Virus record (IMG/VR): IMGVR_UViG_3300042934_000137
Coordinates: 1 to 58,190 of that record
DNA from: a virus
Taxonomy: Duplodnaviria; Caudoviricetes
Reading direction: 5' to 3' (one strand)
DNA length: 58,190 nt
In this document: positions 44,831 through 54,052 of the stretch, piece after piece
How the letters are laid out: each line of letters begins with the position of its first letter
Position numbering within the stretch: the stretch's first letter is position 1
Program-made: the position numbers and the translations under genes
Notes under the pieces: generated by a model
What the model saw: only the letters and a program-made list of their open reading frames with translations
Databases searched by the model: none
What the model was told of the DNA's origin: nothing

Positions 44831-45099
44831 CCACCTAGGCGCTTGCGCTTCTTACTCCAGTCGTACCGCGGCTTGTTCCTCTTGTGTCCCGCCCACTTTC
44901 GGTCCGAGACAGTTCGGAAGCAGGAGCGGTGCTTCGGCTTCGGGTACAACTTCTTGGCGAGCCGTCGGTTCACGTAGAGGATCTGCTTCATGTCCAGCTT
45001 GCTGTAGAGCTTCATCGCCTCCGTCGCCGACTGCATCCCAGAAATGAACTTGTCGATGTTGACATCGGCCAAAGCCAAGTGCTTCTTCAGGTCGCTCAC
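44818..45099 (-). CDS. Basic hypothetical protein
   Basis: 93 aa, GTG start overlapping the WhiB stop. Confidence 0.6.
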   Translation of the reverse strand: MSDLKKHLALADVNIDKFISGMQSATEAMKLYSKLDMKQILYVNRRLAKKLYPKPKHRSCFRTVSDRKWAGHKRNKPRYDWSKKRKRLGGWKV

Positions 45100-45386
45100 T
45101 TCTTGTCTCCGTACTTCTTCATGGCGCTCTCAAACATCTTTCGCCAGCTCGAAATTTGTGGATGACGACGTAGCAATGCCCGACGCTCTCGTTCGGTCAT
45201 GCCTCCCCAGACGCCAAACTCGATTCCGTTGTCGAGTGCGTCAGCCAAACAGCTGTACTTGATTGGGCAGCTTCGGCAGATGCGCTTCTCGATGTTCTGC
45301 TCGCGTCCTTGCACGAACATTCTATCGGGATTCTGTCCTCTACACGCAGCCTGTGACCAATCGGAATATAACTTGAGATGCTCCAC
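45096..45386 (-). CDS. whiB: WhiB-family Fe-S transcription factor (WhiB4/WblA-like)
   Basis: C...CxxC.....C and ALDN..EFGVWGGMTERERRALLRR.P...SWR. Confidence 0.92.
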   Translation of the reverse strand: MEHLKLYSDWSQAACRGQNPDRMFVQGREQNIEKRICRSCPIKYSCLADALDNGIEFGVWGGMTERERRALLRRHPQISSWRKMFESAMKKYGDKK

Positions 45387-45407
45387 TGCATACCTGCCCT
45401 TCGCAGG

Positions 45408-45683
45408 TTAGATGAGTTCGTACTGGGACTCGAACTCCTTCCCGGACATGACTCGAATACCGCCTCGGGGGTCCTTGACCACGTAGTCACCCAAGGAAGC
45501 TCGCTTGATCTCTTGCTCCGTGGGGATGTTGAGTGCGATAAATACGAGAGACTTCGTGTCCGGATCGACCTCAGTCACCTCGAATCCACCACACCAGAGC
45601 GCTGCCCGCTGAACGCTATCGGGCTCGATCTTGATGGCTTCGACAGACACCGGAATCAGACGATACCGCTTAGGCATCGTCAT
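45408..45683 (-). CDS. GD[WY]-family small protein, paralog 3
   Basis: PVSVEAIKI...WCGG...LGDYVV...F...YE. Confidence 0.75.
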   Translation of the reverse strand: MTMPKRYRLIPVSVEAIKIEPDSVQRAALWCGGFEVTEVDPDTKSLVFIALNIPTEQEIKRASLGDYVVKDPRGGIRVMSGKEFESQYELI

Positions 45684-45997
45684 CCCTCCAGATCCTGATC
45701 CGGATAGTGGGCCGTACGAAGCGGAAGACGCACCATCGAGGGGCCCGGTCCGTAGTCCGCCCGACCCTGGTAGAAGCTGGGGAAGGGTTCGTCGGAGCTT
45801 CTCACGACCGGCATGATTTCGGGCGCCAACGAGAGTCCGGTCACCAGTCCTTCGGTCATCGCGGAAATCATTTCGTTGCCCAGCTCAGGCCTGAGAGTGA
45901 TGTGAGCGTAGACGCCATCGTCCTTGGTCTCGAGCCTGGCCTTTCCGATGAGGTTCCCGTTAGGGCCCGTCACCGGAATATCGGTAATCCTGTCCAT
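45680..45997 (-). CDS. Hypothetical protein
   Basis: 105 aa, AAGGAGG RBS. Confidence 0.65.
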   Translation of the reverse strand: MDRITDIPVTGPNGNLIGKARLETKDDGVYAHITLRPELGNEMISAMTEGLVTGLSLAPEIMPVVRSSDEPFPSFYQGRADYGPGPSMVRLPLRTAHYPDQDLEG

Positions 45998-46208
45998 GTT
46001 CCTCCTTAAGAAGAAATGCCGAGAGGCGGGCAGGTCCGTACCCCACCCGCCTCTACCGGCGTTACGCTTGAGATGTAAGCAAGCGGTGTTACCAGTCCCT
46101 ATCGACAGCAGGGTAGGGCGACCCTGTGGGCAAACCAGGTCTCTAATCCGGCTCTGTCGTGAAGCGGCTAGGTATCGAGCCTAACCGCCCCCTGAGGGGA
46201 TCTAACCC

Positions 46209-46403
46209 TCAAACTTTGACGCCGCCGTATCGCTTGATCAGCAACGCCTTTGCGCTGTGGAAAACCCAGCAGTCACACTTGTTCGTGCGTTCACTCACTA
46301 ACTGACCTGCCGGAGAATTTACTCGCTTACAGGACGAGTGGTGTCGGTTTCGATCAGTATTGTGTGCGATCTGCTGGGCCTCCCTGTCGAACTCGTCGTC
46401 CAC
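46209..46403 (-). CDS. Small hypothetical protein
   Basis: GTG-DDEFDREA...HHSSC...CDC; weak RBS. Confidence 0.4.
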   Translation of the reverse strand: MDDEFDREAQQIAHNTDRNRHHSSCKRVNSPAGQLVSERTNKCDCWVFHSAKALLIKRYGGVKV

Positions 46404-46408
46404 CTGAA

Positions 46409-46681
46409 TCAGGTGTCGGAGCGGGTGTTCTTGACCAGCTCGTAGCGCTCCTCGAACTCGTCGGCCGGCATGACACGAACACCCTGCCCCTTGGTGATGA
46501 CCACGTAGTCGCCGATGTTGGCAACTCGCGGAACGCCGTCGAACGACGGCAGCCGGAGGGTCTGGACACCGTTGTCGTCCGCCTTCTGGCCGAAGCACAG
46601 GTTCGCGGCGTAGTCGATGGTCGAGGCGCTGATCTGGATGGCCTTGACGCTGGAGCCCTTCGGGCGGAAGGTACGTTCCAT
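46409..46681 (-). CDS. GD[WY]-family small protein, paralog 4
   Basis: VKAIQIS...IGDYVV...F...YE; AAAGGA RBS. Confidence 0.75.
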   Translation of the reverse strand: MERTFRPKGSSVKAIQISASTIDYAANLCFGQKADDNGVQTLRLPSFDGVPRVANIGDYVVITKGQGVRVMPADEFEERYELVKNTRSDT

Positions 46682-46704
46682 GAGAGGTGTGTTTCCTTTC
46701 GGGG

Positions 46705-49700
46705 TCAGAGAATGAATTCTTCGAAGTCGCCGAACTTCTCGATGGTCTTTCGAGCCTTCTCGGCGAGCAGCTCGAAATACGACATGTCGATCGCATCGAG
46801 CGGAAGGGTCTTGGCCACGTCGGCCTCAACCCACAAATATCCCTTCGTACCGGCGACGGCGTAGGCCTTGTTGTCGTCGATCCGCCAGAGGAGTCCCCCT
46901 CCGAATCCCTCTCGTACGGGAACGAACCGACCAGTTCGACCGACAAACTGCATCGTGTCGAAACCACCGTCATCGAACATCGGCTTCTGTACGCAGTCGA
47001 AATCAAGGTACATGGAACCCTTCGACACAGACTTGGTCTCGCACAGATCGTCGAAACCAATATCGGCGTCCAGATCGAACAGCGTCTTGAAGACGTAGGG
47101 ATGTTGGAACTGTGCACCAACGGCAGACCAGGTTCTACGAAGCTCGCCACTGCAGACGGACTCGTAGTTGATTTCCTGAGCCTCTTCGTCCATGACGAGC
47201 CACTCACCATTGATGCACTCGTCCTTGCGGGCAATATAGACCGCGTCGTTGACGAGAGCCATCTTGGCGTAGGTTGCCTCGTGTTCGAAGGTGTAGCCGT
47301 ACTTGGCGCCGAACTGCGTAACGAACTCAATGATCTCCGGGGTGGCGTTGGGGATCTTGATGGAGTCCGTCTTGATATGAGCAACTGTGAATCCCCGTTC
47401 CTGAACAGCGTGCTTCAGGTCGATCATGAACAGGGCACCACGCTTCGCAACGATGTTGTCGACGTTACGAATATCGCGGAACGGGTTGTCGAACTTCGCC
47501 GAGGTCAGACCGTAGACGATGTTGATCGCGATCTTGAGTGCGAACCTCAGCGTTGCTGCGGATGCCTTGGCAGCAGCGGGATCGTCAAGCCGTTCAAGGT
47601 CGTTGAGGTACGGCGTGAGCTTCCCGCCGAGCATTCCCTTGGCCGATTCGAAGTCGCCGTGCTTGATTGCCAGTTGTGCCTCGACGAGCGACATGAACTT
47701 GGGTGTGTACTCGCCGAAAAGACGAAGTTGTCCAATCGATGTAGGGTGCATCGAAGCGACGTCAAGAAGCGCGACATTGTGATGAATGCCCGTCTCAGCG
47801 AAGACATAGCCGCCTTCGCCAACTTCCTCGCCACGATATGTGGACTTGCCTCTTTCGAACTCATAGCCAGGGAACTCCTTCGCCAGGTTCGTGTAGATGA
47901 AGCTACTCTGTGGGTTGCGGTCCTCTCCGAAAATGATTCGAGCAGTGTGCTTCTGCGTGGTGTCGTTAGGACTGAGACCACTCAACTCGGCTAGAATAAG
48001 CCTTGCCGTGTAGTCGCCCTTCCGAGCCTTGTGAACTGCTTCGGTGGAACGAACGTCGTTGCAGCAGTAGTCGACGACGTCCTGGATGCGTTCCTTGGGT
48101 ACCGGCTTGTCCCAAGGAATATCCATCTCCTTGTGTTGGATCCCGAGCTCGATCTGGAACTTCTTCAGTCCCTGCTTCTTCGAGCTGTAGTCGTAGATGT
48201 CGGTCCACGACAGGTTGTACGCCTCACCGAACAATGCTCCAACGACATTGTCGATGATCTTCTTGGATAGCTTGTAGAGCTGCTCGTTGTCGTACCCGAG
48301 GTAACGGGCGTACAAGATATGGTTGTCGTACTTTCGATTGTTGAAGCCGACCAACTTGAGCTTGAACAGCTTCTCGATGTCCTGAGGGGTAGGGTTAACC
48401 ATGGGGACAACGGTGTCACTGTCCTCGTACTTCCAGCACACGACAAAGAGGTTTGGATATACCTCAACGTCGTAGAAGACGACACGATCATCATCGGTCG
48501 GGACAGTTTCGTGTTCGACCTGCAAGCCCAATGGGTCCTGCTTGTCCGACGACTTGAACTTCATCGCCATGACCGTCTTCAAACACACGAGCGGCTGGTT
48601 AGTACTGTTGTTGGCGAAGGCGATCAGTCGACCTCGAATGTCCGAGACATCATACTCCATCTCGGATTGGTACGCCTCTTCGAGGATATGGTAGATGAAG
48701 TCGATCGAGGGCTTGGTTCCCGGGTGGATCTCCTTTCGCAGATTCCTGTCGATCAGTTCCCGAAGACCCTTTTCGCTCTGGATCTTCTCCATCTGGAGCA
48801 CTTTCTTTTTCTCCTTGAGGGGTAGCTGACCGAAGACCAACAACGCAATTGGAACGCTGTTACACTTCGTCAGGCGACGACGGAGAGAGGAGTCACCCGA
48901 ATATACCTTGATCTCGATTCCATCAGCGTAGGTACGAGATAGCTCGGAGACGTCTCCGTCGTAGTTGTAGTGGAGATGGACCCCTGCACCGGACTTACTG
49001 AGTTCAGCATAGGTAGCAGGCCACTCGGAGGCGGCTTCGAGGTTTCGCTCGAGGGATTTGTTGCCATCTTCGTCCTTGAGGTCGAAGTCGATCACAATAT
49101 GGTTTTCAGGCACCTTAACGTAGTGCACCAGAGAGCTATCGATCTCAGCCAACGTGGTCTTGACTGTTGCCCAACGCTTACGAGGAAATCCGTCGTCATT
49201 AGCCAGCTGAGCGGCCGACTCAGCAAACTCCAGATCGAACAGAGACTTCGTCTCGTCCAGCACGAGAGAGAATATAGTTGCGGGCTCGGCGGTTGGGGTC
49301 TTGAATTGCCTAGCATTGAAGCCAGCGTAGTAGCTCCTGAAAGGCTCCCCGTCGATCGTGATGCGGTCGTGGAACTCGTCGAAGTAGTTAGCCAACTCCG
49401 CTCGAACTTTGTACCGCGGCAACGGCTTCTCAATGCCGGTCTCTCCGCAGAACTCCTTGTACATCACGTAGGCCTGCTGTAGAGAAACTCCATCTTGTCG
49501 TTTGAATATATCGAAGTTCGACTCGATGAAGTTGAAGAAAATGTCCGTCTGGAGCATCATCTCCAAAGGCTGGTACGCATTGTAGAAGTTCTTACCCATG
49601 TCCCGATAAATATCGAGGCAGTGTTGAGCGATAGCCCCCAACTCGAAGTCGATCCGGGACATGAGGGTGTGGTAGTGGTTGGGCTGGAGCTTCTCGCCGG

Positions 49701-50592
49701 TGGGGTGGACGTCGATCAAACGTCGAATGATACCTGACTTTGCGTCAGAGATCTTAACCGGCTTGTTTGTTCCCATGAACAGAAATGCGTTGACCCGAGC
49801 AGTGTACTGGGGCTTGTGCTTCTCGTTCATGACCATGTCTTCGTGCGAGATGATCGAGTTGAGACGGGTGTTGTCCTCGATCTTAGACAAGTCGCCATCG
49901 TGTTGGATCGCAACAAGAGGGTTGGACTTGAATACCTCAGTGGCGAAGCCGTTCGAGTTAGACCCGAGAGCCTTAGCGTCGAACGTTGTGGTGTAGCCCT
50001 CGAACAGTTTCTGGATGATCTTGAGGATGGTGCCCTTACCAGCCCCCGGGGGTCCGTACAAAACCAGGAATTTCTCGATCTTCACCGAGTCCCCAGCAAT
50101 GACGGACCCAATAGCCCATTCTATCTTTGCGCGCTCCTCTGGAGGATATAGGGTTCCGACCAGCTCGTCCCAGGCGCTGCAGTCGCCCGGAACTAACTGA
50201 TACGAAAGGCGTCGACTGACGTAGTCAGATTTCTTCGTCTCTGTGTTCGCGAAAGCAAGAGTTGCGTCGAGTTGCTTGCTGTTATCGCTCACATTGGCCA
50301 AGAACTTACGGAACTGCACCCAGCCGTTACTGTTGAAAGAGCGCATGTACTTGACGTTGCCTTGAATATCGTTCTTCTCGGCGAACTCGCGCAGCTTTGC
50401 GTCGACTAGTCGCTGCACATCGTATTCGTCAGTGGACCAAAGGCCCTGCTCTTCATCCCAGATTGCATAGAACGACTTTCCTCGAACCATGAGATCCTTG
50501 GATCGACCAACAATGAAGTCGGGATATACTTCGAGTTGACCTTTCTTTGGACCTCGCTCAATCTCTCGCGTACAGATCTGAAAGAAATCCAT
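46705..50592 (-). CDS. SF3 helicase-AEP primase-family B DNA polymerase fusion, 1295 aa
   Basis: Walker A GPPGAGKGT; AEP motifs IDFD and SKSGAGVHLHY; exonuclease YDVE, GFNN..YD, YC.ND; PolB LDVASMHP, KIAINIVYG, KTDS. Confidence 0.92.
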   Translation of the reverse strand: MDFFQICTREIERGPKKGQLEVYPDFIVGRSKDLMVRGKSFYAIWDEEQGLWSTDEYDVQRLVDAKLREFAEKNDIQGNVKYMRSFNSNGWVQFRKFLANVSDNSKQLDATLAFANTETKKSDYVSRRLSYQLVPGDCSAWDELVGTLYPPEERAKIEWAIGSVIAGDSVKIEKFLVLYGPPGAGKGTILKIIQKLFEGYTTTFDAKALGSNSNGFATEVFKSNPLVAIQHDGDLSKIEDNTRLNSIISHEDMVMNEKHKPQYTARVNAFLFMGTNKPVKISDAKSGIIRRLIDVHPTGEKLQPNHYHTLMSRIDFELGAIAQHCLDIYRDMGKNFYNAYQPLEMMLQTDIFFNFIESNFDIFKRQDGVSLQQAYVMYKEFCGETGIEKPLPRYKVRAELANYFDEFHDRITIDGEPFRSYYAGFNARQFKTPTAEPATIFSLVLDETKSLFDLEFAESAAQLANDDGFPRKRWATVKTTLAEIDSSLVHYVKVPENHIVIDFDLKDEDGNKSLERNLEAASEWPATYAELSKSGAGVHLHYNYDGDVSELSRTYADGIEIKVYSGDSSLRRRLTKCNSVPIALLVFGQLPLKEKKKVLQMEKIQSEKGLRELIDRNLRKEIHPGTKPSIDFIYHILEEAYQSEMEYDVSDIRGRLIAFANNSTNQPLVCLKTVMAMKFKSSDKQDPLGLQVEHETVPTDDDRVVFYDVEVYPNLFVVCWKYEDSDTVVPMVNPTPQDIEKLFKLKLVGFNNRKYDNHILYARYLGYDNEQLYKLSKKIIDNVVGALFGEAYNLSWTDIYDYSSKKQGLKKFQIELGIQHKEMDIPWDKPVPKERIQDVVDYCCNDVRSTEAVHKARKGDYTARLILAELSGLSPNDTTQKHTARIIFGEDRNPQSSFIYTNLAKEFPGYEFERGKSTYRGEEVGEGGYVFAETGIHHNVALLDVASMHPTSIGQLRLFGEYTPKFMSLVEAQLAIKHGDFESAKGMLGGKLTPYLNDLERLDDPAAAKASAATLRFALKIAINIVYGLTSAKFDNPFRDIRNVDNIVAKRGALFMIDLKHAVQERGFTVAHIKTDSIKIPNATPEIIEFVTQFGAKYGYTFEHEATYAKMALVNDAVYIARKDECINGEWLVMDEEAQEINYESVCSGELRRTWSAVGAQFQHPYVFKTLFDLDADIGFDDLCETKSVSKGSMYLDFDCVQKPMFDDGGFDTMQFVGRTGRFVPVREGFGGGLLWRIDDNKAYAVAGTKGYLWVEADVAKTLPLDAIDMSYFELLAEKARKTIEKFGDFEEFIL

Positions 50593-50612
50593 CTACCCTC
50601 CTCTCGTTCTAT

Positions 50613-51143
50613 CTAGTCCATCTCCAGCAGATATGCGTGCATCTGATCCCAGAGCTCGACGTCTCGCTGGTTCGCTCTGGCCCTCTTCAGAGGAAATAGG
50701 CCACCCACACCACTAGGACGGTATGTTCGCCAAATAACCTCGTCGAGAGTCTTATCGATCTCTTTGACGGGGACTAGTGAGTTGTCGTTGTACTTTTCCA
50801 GACCCAGATTTTCCATGAGACGCCAGAACCAAGCACGCGGCTCGTTATCGTCTTGGAAGGCGAGCCGCTGTGCTAGTCCTATCAGAAGCTCAAGCATCGA
50901 ACACTCAAGCTGCATCCACTCTGAGTCTGTGAAGTCGATCTCCTCCTCTCGGAGAAAATCAACTCGAAGGGTACGTCCGTCTTCTGCTCGGTTGTCGTCG
51001 TTAGGAATAAGCCATAAGAATGGCTTTGTATAAAGCTGCTTTAGCACCTTCCAATACGACCTTGAGGGGTTTCGTTCGGTAACCGAGCCGACTTGACTGT
51101 AGAGCCATGTGAAATATAGCTCGTCAAGCGGCGGGCGACTCAT
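50613..51143 (-). CDS. Hypothetical protein
   Basis: YFTWL...DDNRAEDG..LR...CSMLE...GGLFPL...ELW.QM. Confidence 0.8.
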   Translation of the reverse strand: MSRPPLDELYFTWLYSQVGSVTERNPSRSYWKVLKQLYTKPFLWLIPNDDNRAEDGRTLRVDFLREEEIDFTDSEWMQLECSMLELLIGLAQRLAFQDDNEPRAWFWRLMENLGLEKYNDNSLVPVKEIDKTLDEVIWRTYRPSGVGGLFPLKRARANQRDVELWDQMHAYLLEMD

Positions 51144-51958
51144 TCAGAGTCACCCCGAGATGCCCTCGCCATGGGACGGCGGATGGGCTCCTGTGTGGGG
51201 CGTTCGTCTTCGGTGAAGCCGGCGACTGCAACCGAGTACTTGCCTCCGTGTCGAGCCACCTCGAAGTCGATCTCCACCTTCTCGCTTCGGATATAGACGA
51301 TGTGGTTCTGATCCGAGCGATGACCGAAACGGAGGTTGTCTTCCGAACCGATGTACTTCTCGTACTCGAAGTCGGGAATGATCGTGTCCTGATCGTCGGT
51401 CAAGACATCATCCCCGGAGTACCACGTGAGACAGACCTTGTCGAACTCGCCCGCTTCGAACTCCTCCGCGGAAATGATGTACGGCCTCTCCGAAGAGCGA
51501 GCCGCCACCTCCTCGTCGTAGTTGAAGTCGACGCCCTCCACCGGCTGTGGGTCGGTGAATATGTTCCGGTTCACCTGCCTCGGCGTGGTGGCGAGAGGGT
51601 GCTTGACCGTACGTACGTCGTTGGGGATGGGCATCTCGGGGTGGTACCGCTCGAAAGCCTCGGAAGCCTTCTCCACCGAAGACGGCTCCTCCTCGACCTC
51701 CACACCAAGCGCCTCGGCGGCACTCTCTGGTGTGGCGAACTCGTCGGCCTTCGCCTGCTTCTTGTACTTCCGCTCGAGCCACTCACTGGTGCGCTCGATC
51801 TCGGCTTCCATCTTCTCGTCGAACTCGCCAATGAGCTTCTTTCGGGCGTAGAAATATCCCGAACCCGTTCCAGCAGCGAACGCCACAACAGCAACGCTGC
51901 CGGCGATCACCGTCCTCTTCTTTGCCACCTCCAAGAGGCGGGCCGTGAATGTATTCAT
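51140..51958 (-). CDS. Membrane-anchored acidic protein
   Basis: True start MNTFTARL; N-terminal TM helix; PYIIS.EEF domain. Confidence 0.75.
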   Translation of the reverse strand: MNTFTARLLEVAKKRTVIAGSVAVVAFAAGTGSGYFYARKKLIGEFDEKMEAEIERTSEWLERKYKKQAKADEFATPESAAEALGVEVEEEPSSVEKASEAFERYHPEMPIPNDVRTVKHPLATTPRQVNRNIFTDPQPVEGVDFNYDEEVAARSSERPYIISAEEFEAGEFDKVCLTWYSGDDVLTDDQDTIIPDFEYEKYIGSEDNLRFGHRSDQNHIVYIRSEKVEIDFEVARHGGKYSVAVAGFTEDERPTQEPIRRPMARASRGDSE

Positions 51959-51966
51959 GATGCCTC

Positions 51967-52863
51967 TCAGATCTTGTCGATGCTGGCGTAGATCGGACCG
52001 TCCACATTGAAGTCCAGCTGAACAGCCGCGGCCTGACCCCGGTACATGAAGTCCCGGATGCCGCCACCATTCTCGTCCCAGCAACCGAAGTCGACGTAGC
52101 CGTCACCGTTACCGTCCTTGAGCCAGCCGGTGACGCATCCGACGGTGGTGCGGGGCATCCCCAGCTGCTCGAGAACGTCGTTCAGCAGAACGAAACCGTA
52201 GCTGTTGAGACGCTCGTTGGCCGCAGCCTGTGCTGCCCGAAGGAAAATGAAATTATACTCCGGGTTCGGCGACCAGTTCTTGCTCGTCTCGTTGCTGAAG
52301 AACGGGGTGTAGAGACCGCCCATTCCAGCGGACTCCTTGACCTTGATGACCTCCGGGCCGTTCTCGCCGTCGACGACGACCTCGCGCTCGTTCACGCCGA
52401 AGAAGAGCTCACGCTCCTTGTCGCCGCCCAGCTCGTCCGCGACACGGTTACGGTAGGCCTTCAGGCTCTTCTCGAGGGTGGCCATACCGATGGTCAGGCC
52501 GGCGATGCGGTTGTTCTGGATGTTGTGGGCGCCGGTCAGGGCGGCGACGGAAGCGATGCCCAGCAGGATGGCCGGACCGTAGAGCTTGCCGAGCTTCATG
52601 GTCGCGTGGGTGTAGGCCGCGATGCGGGTCTGCTGCTTCTGCTGCTCGGTTGAGAGACCGGCCTCGTGGACCTGGTCGACCTTGTTGAGGTTGGCGTCGA
52701 GCTCGTCCAGGATCGGCTCCACCTTGAGGGTGGCCCGGCAGGCGAGTACGACGGTGGCGCCCATTCCGACGACGCCGCCGGTCAGCAACAGAGTCGGGGA
52801 GTGCTTCTTGAGGGTCAGCATCTGCCGACCGAACTGGCGAGTGAGGGTGGTCTTGACGCTCAT
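51967..52863 (-). CDS. DUF6353-like protein
   Basis: KHSP.LL..G...A.LK...YGPA...LNDV...LG...GW...LDFNVDG. Confidence 0.75.
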   Translation of the reverse strand: MSVKTTLTRQFGRQMLTLKKHSPTLLLTGGVVGMGATVVLACRATLKVEPILDELDANLNKVDQVHEAGLSTEQQKQQTRIAAYTHATMKLGKLYGPAILLGIASVAALTGAHNIQNNRIAGLTIGMATLEKSLKAYRNRVADELGGDKERELFFGVNEREVVVDGENGPEVIKVKESAGMGGLYTPFFSNETSKNWSPNPEYNFIFLRAAQAAANERLNSYGFVLLNDVLEQLGMPRTTVGCVTGWLKDGNGDGYVDFGCWDENGGGIRDFMYRGQAAAVQLDFNVDGPIYASIDKI

Positions 52864-52875
52864 TGAAATATCTCC

Positions 52876-53010
52876 TCAGACTTTCTTCTGCTGCTGAAGG
52901 TTCTTGAAAATAGCAACGACTTGGGGATCGGGCATGGCCTGGACCTTACGGAACCACTTGGCTCCCTTGTAAGCGTTCTTGATGGCCTCCCGCATTTGTT
53001 CGACGGACAC
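52876..53010 (-). CDS. 44-aa protein (not in the ORF track)
   Basis: GTG-SVEQMREAI..AY.G.KW..KV..MPD.QV.AI; GAAGGG RBS. Confidence 0.65.
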   Translation of the reverse strand: MSVEQMREAIKNAYKGAKWFRKVQAMPDPQVVAIFKNLQQQKKV

Positions 53011-53019
53011 GGTCCCTTC

Positions 53020-53133
53020 CTAAGGCTTGAATATGCTTCCACAGCCAATGCAGACGACGGTTCCTCTTGGGAAAATCCACGCGCTGTGATGATGACGGAT
53101 GGTCCACAAGAAGAAGCGGATACGCCAGATCAC
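53020..53133 (-). CDS. 37-aa CxxC peptide (not in the ORF track)
   Basis: GTGA overlap with the upstream stop; ...VVCIGCGSIFKP. Confidence 0.4.
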   Translation of the reverse strand: MIWRIRFFLWTIRHHHSAWIFPRGTVVCIGCGSIFKP

Positions 53134-53771
53134 TTGAGGTGCTCGGGGCGAGGTAGATCCACGATGAATCCGTCACGGACCTTCTTGGGCTCAACACCGC
53201 GGAGATCCGTCCAACCCCAGTTCTCGTCAGGTGGGGTGGAGGAGTTGTTGGTGAACTGATAGAACTCAGCGACTGTAACGAGCTCGTATCGCTTGAGTCG
53301 CTCGAACATCCTGTCGATGACCTCGTTGGCCTCGGCTCGAGTGGACAGTACGACCTCGTCGAAGTCGTGCATCGCCCTTGCTCGGCTGCTGGGACCCAAT
53401 CGATCGCGAGGATCATCACGTCGAACCGTAGTCTTGCTCGACGCATACCGATCATAGCTGACGTACGGGGAGTTTCGTGAATGCCGGCTGCTCGACCCAC
53501 CTCCACCATTTCGGTAGAGGATCCTGTCAAGGGCTTCCTGCCCGGCATCGCGGATCATGTCCTTGGCCGCGGGGATGAGTACCTCCATCGCCACGTACCC
53601 CAGAACGCTCTTGGGAGTCTCCCCGCTGAAGAACGACTCGACGAATCGCTTACCCAGGGACTTCTTACGGATGACGCCATCGGCGACGGCCTCGACCTTG
53701 TTCTCTTCGATCTGAGGCGTTTGCTCATTCGGAGCCGGCCTGGGCTGCTTGCTGTTGCTGGGGAAGTCCAT
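53130..53771 (-). CDS. Hypothetical protein (C-terminus resembles the DUF6353 C-terminal region)
   Basis: Y..VTVAEFY...D.NWGWTDL. Confidence 0.75.
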   Translation of the reverse strand: MDFPSNSKQPRPAPNEQTPQIEENKVEAVADGVIRKKSLGKRFVESFFSGETPKSVLGYVAMEVLIPAAKDMIRDAGQEALDRILYRNGGGGSSSRHSRNSPYVSYDRYASSKTTVRRDDPRDRLGPSSRARAMHDFDEVVLSTRAEANEVIDRMFERLKRYELVTVAEFYQFTNNSSTPPDENWGWTDLRGVEPKKVRDGFIVDLPRPEHLK

Positions 53772-53792
53772 TTATCCTCGTTCCTGGGGGGC

Positions 53793-53824
53793 GAAACCTA
53801 GAGCCCGTGTTAGGGGCTCATAGG
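53793..53824 (-). terminator. Cassette-family hairpin
   Basis: CCTATGAGCCC-CTAACAC-GGGCTCTAGG-TTTCG. Confidence 0.7.
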
Positions 53825-53844
53825 GTTGAGTGGTGATGATGAGG

Positions 53845-53997
53845 TCAGTCTTCGGTGGTGGGCTTCAGCTTGTCGAAGTACTCGTCGATCTTGAGGTTGG
53901 TCAGCTTCTCCCCCTTGATCAGATAACCGATCGCGGCGGAGCCAACTGCACCAACAGCAGCCTTGACGGCGAACTTGGCGAACTTGTGCTTGTTCAT
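53845..53997 (-). CDS. 50-aa cassette protein (not in the ORF track)
   Basis: MNKHKFAKFAVKAAVGAVGSAAIGYLIKG...TED; AAAGGA RBS; own promoter and hairpin. Confidence 0.75.
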   Translation of the reverse strand: MNKHKFAKFAVKAAVGAVGSAAIGYLIKGEKLTNLKIDEYFDKLKPTTED

Positions 53998-54016
53998 ACG
54001 AATATGTCCTTTCATT

Positions 54017-54048
54017 GGGTCTCACTAAGACCCATGTAATTTGTGCGA
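54017..54048 (-). promoter_or_regulatory. 32-bp promoter motif variant
   Basis: TCGCA-CAAAT-TACAT-GGGT-CTTAGT-GAGACCC. Confidence 0.7.
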
Positions 54049-54052
54049 GGGG

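Noticed and set aside
46209-47384. 391-aa ORF overlapping the polymerase
   Set aside because: Off-frame, low-complexity overlap with two real genes; only the last 64 codons may be coding
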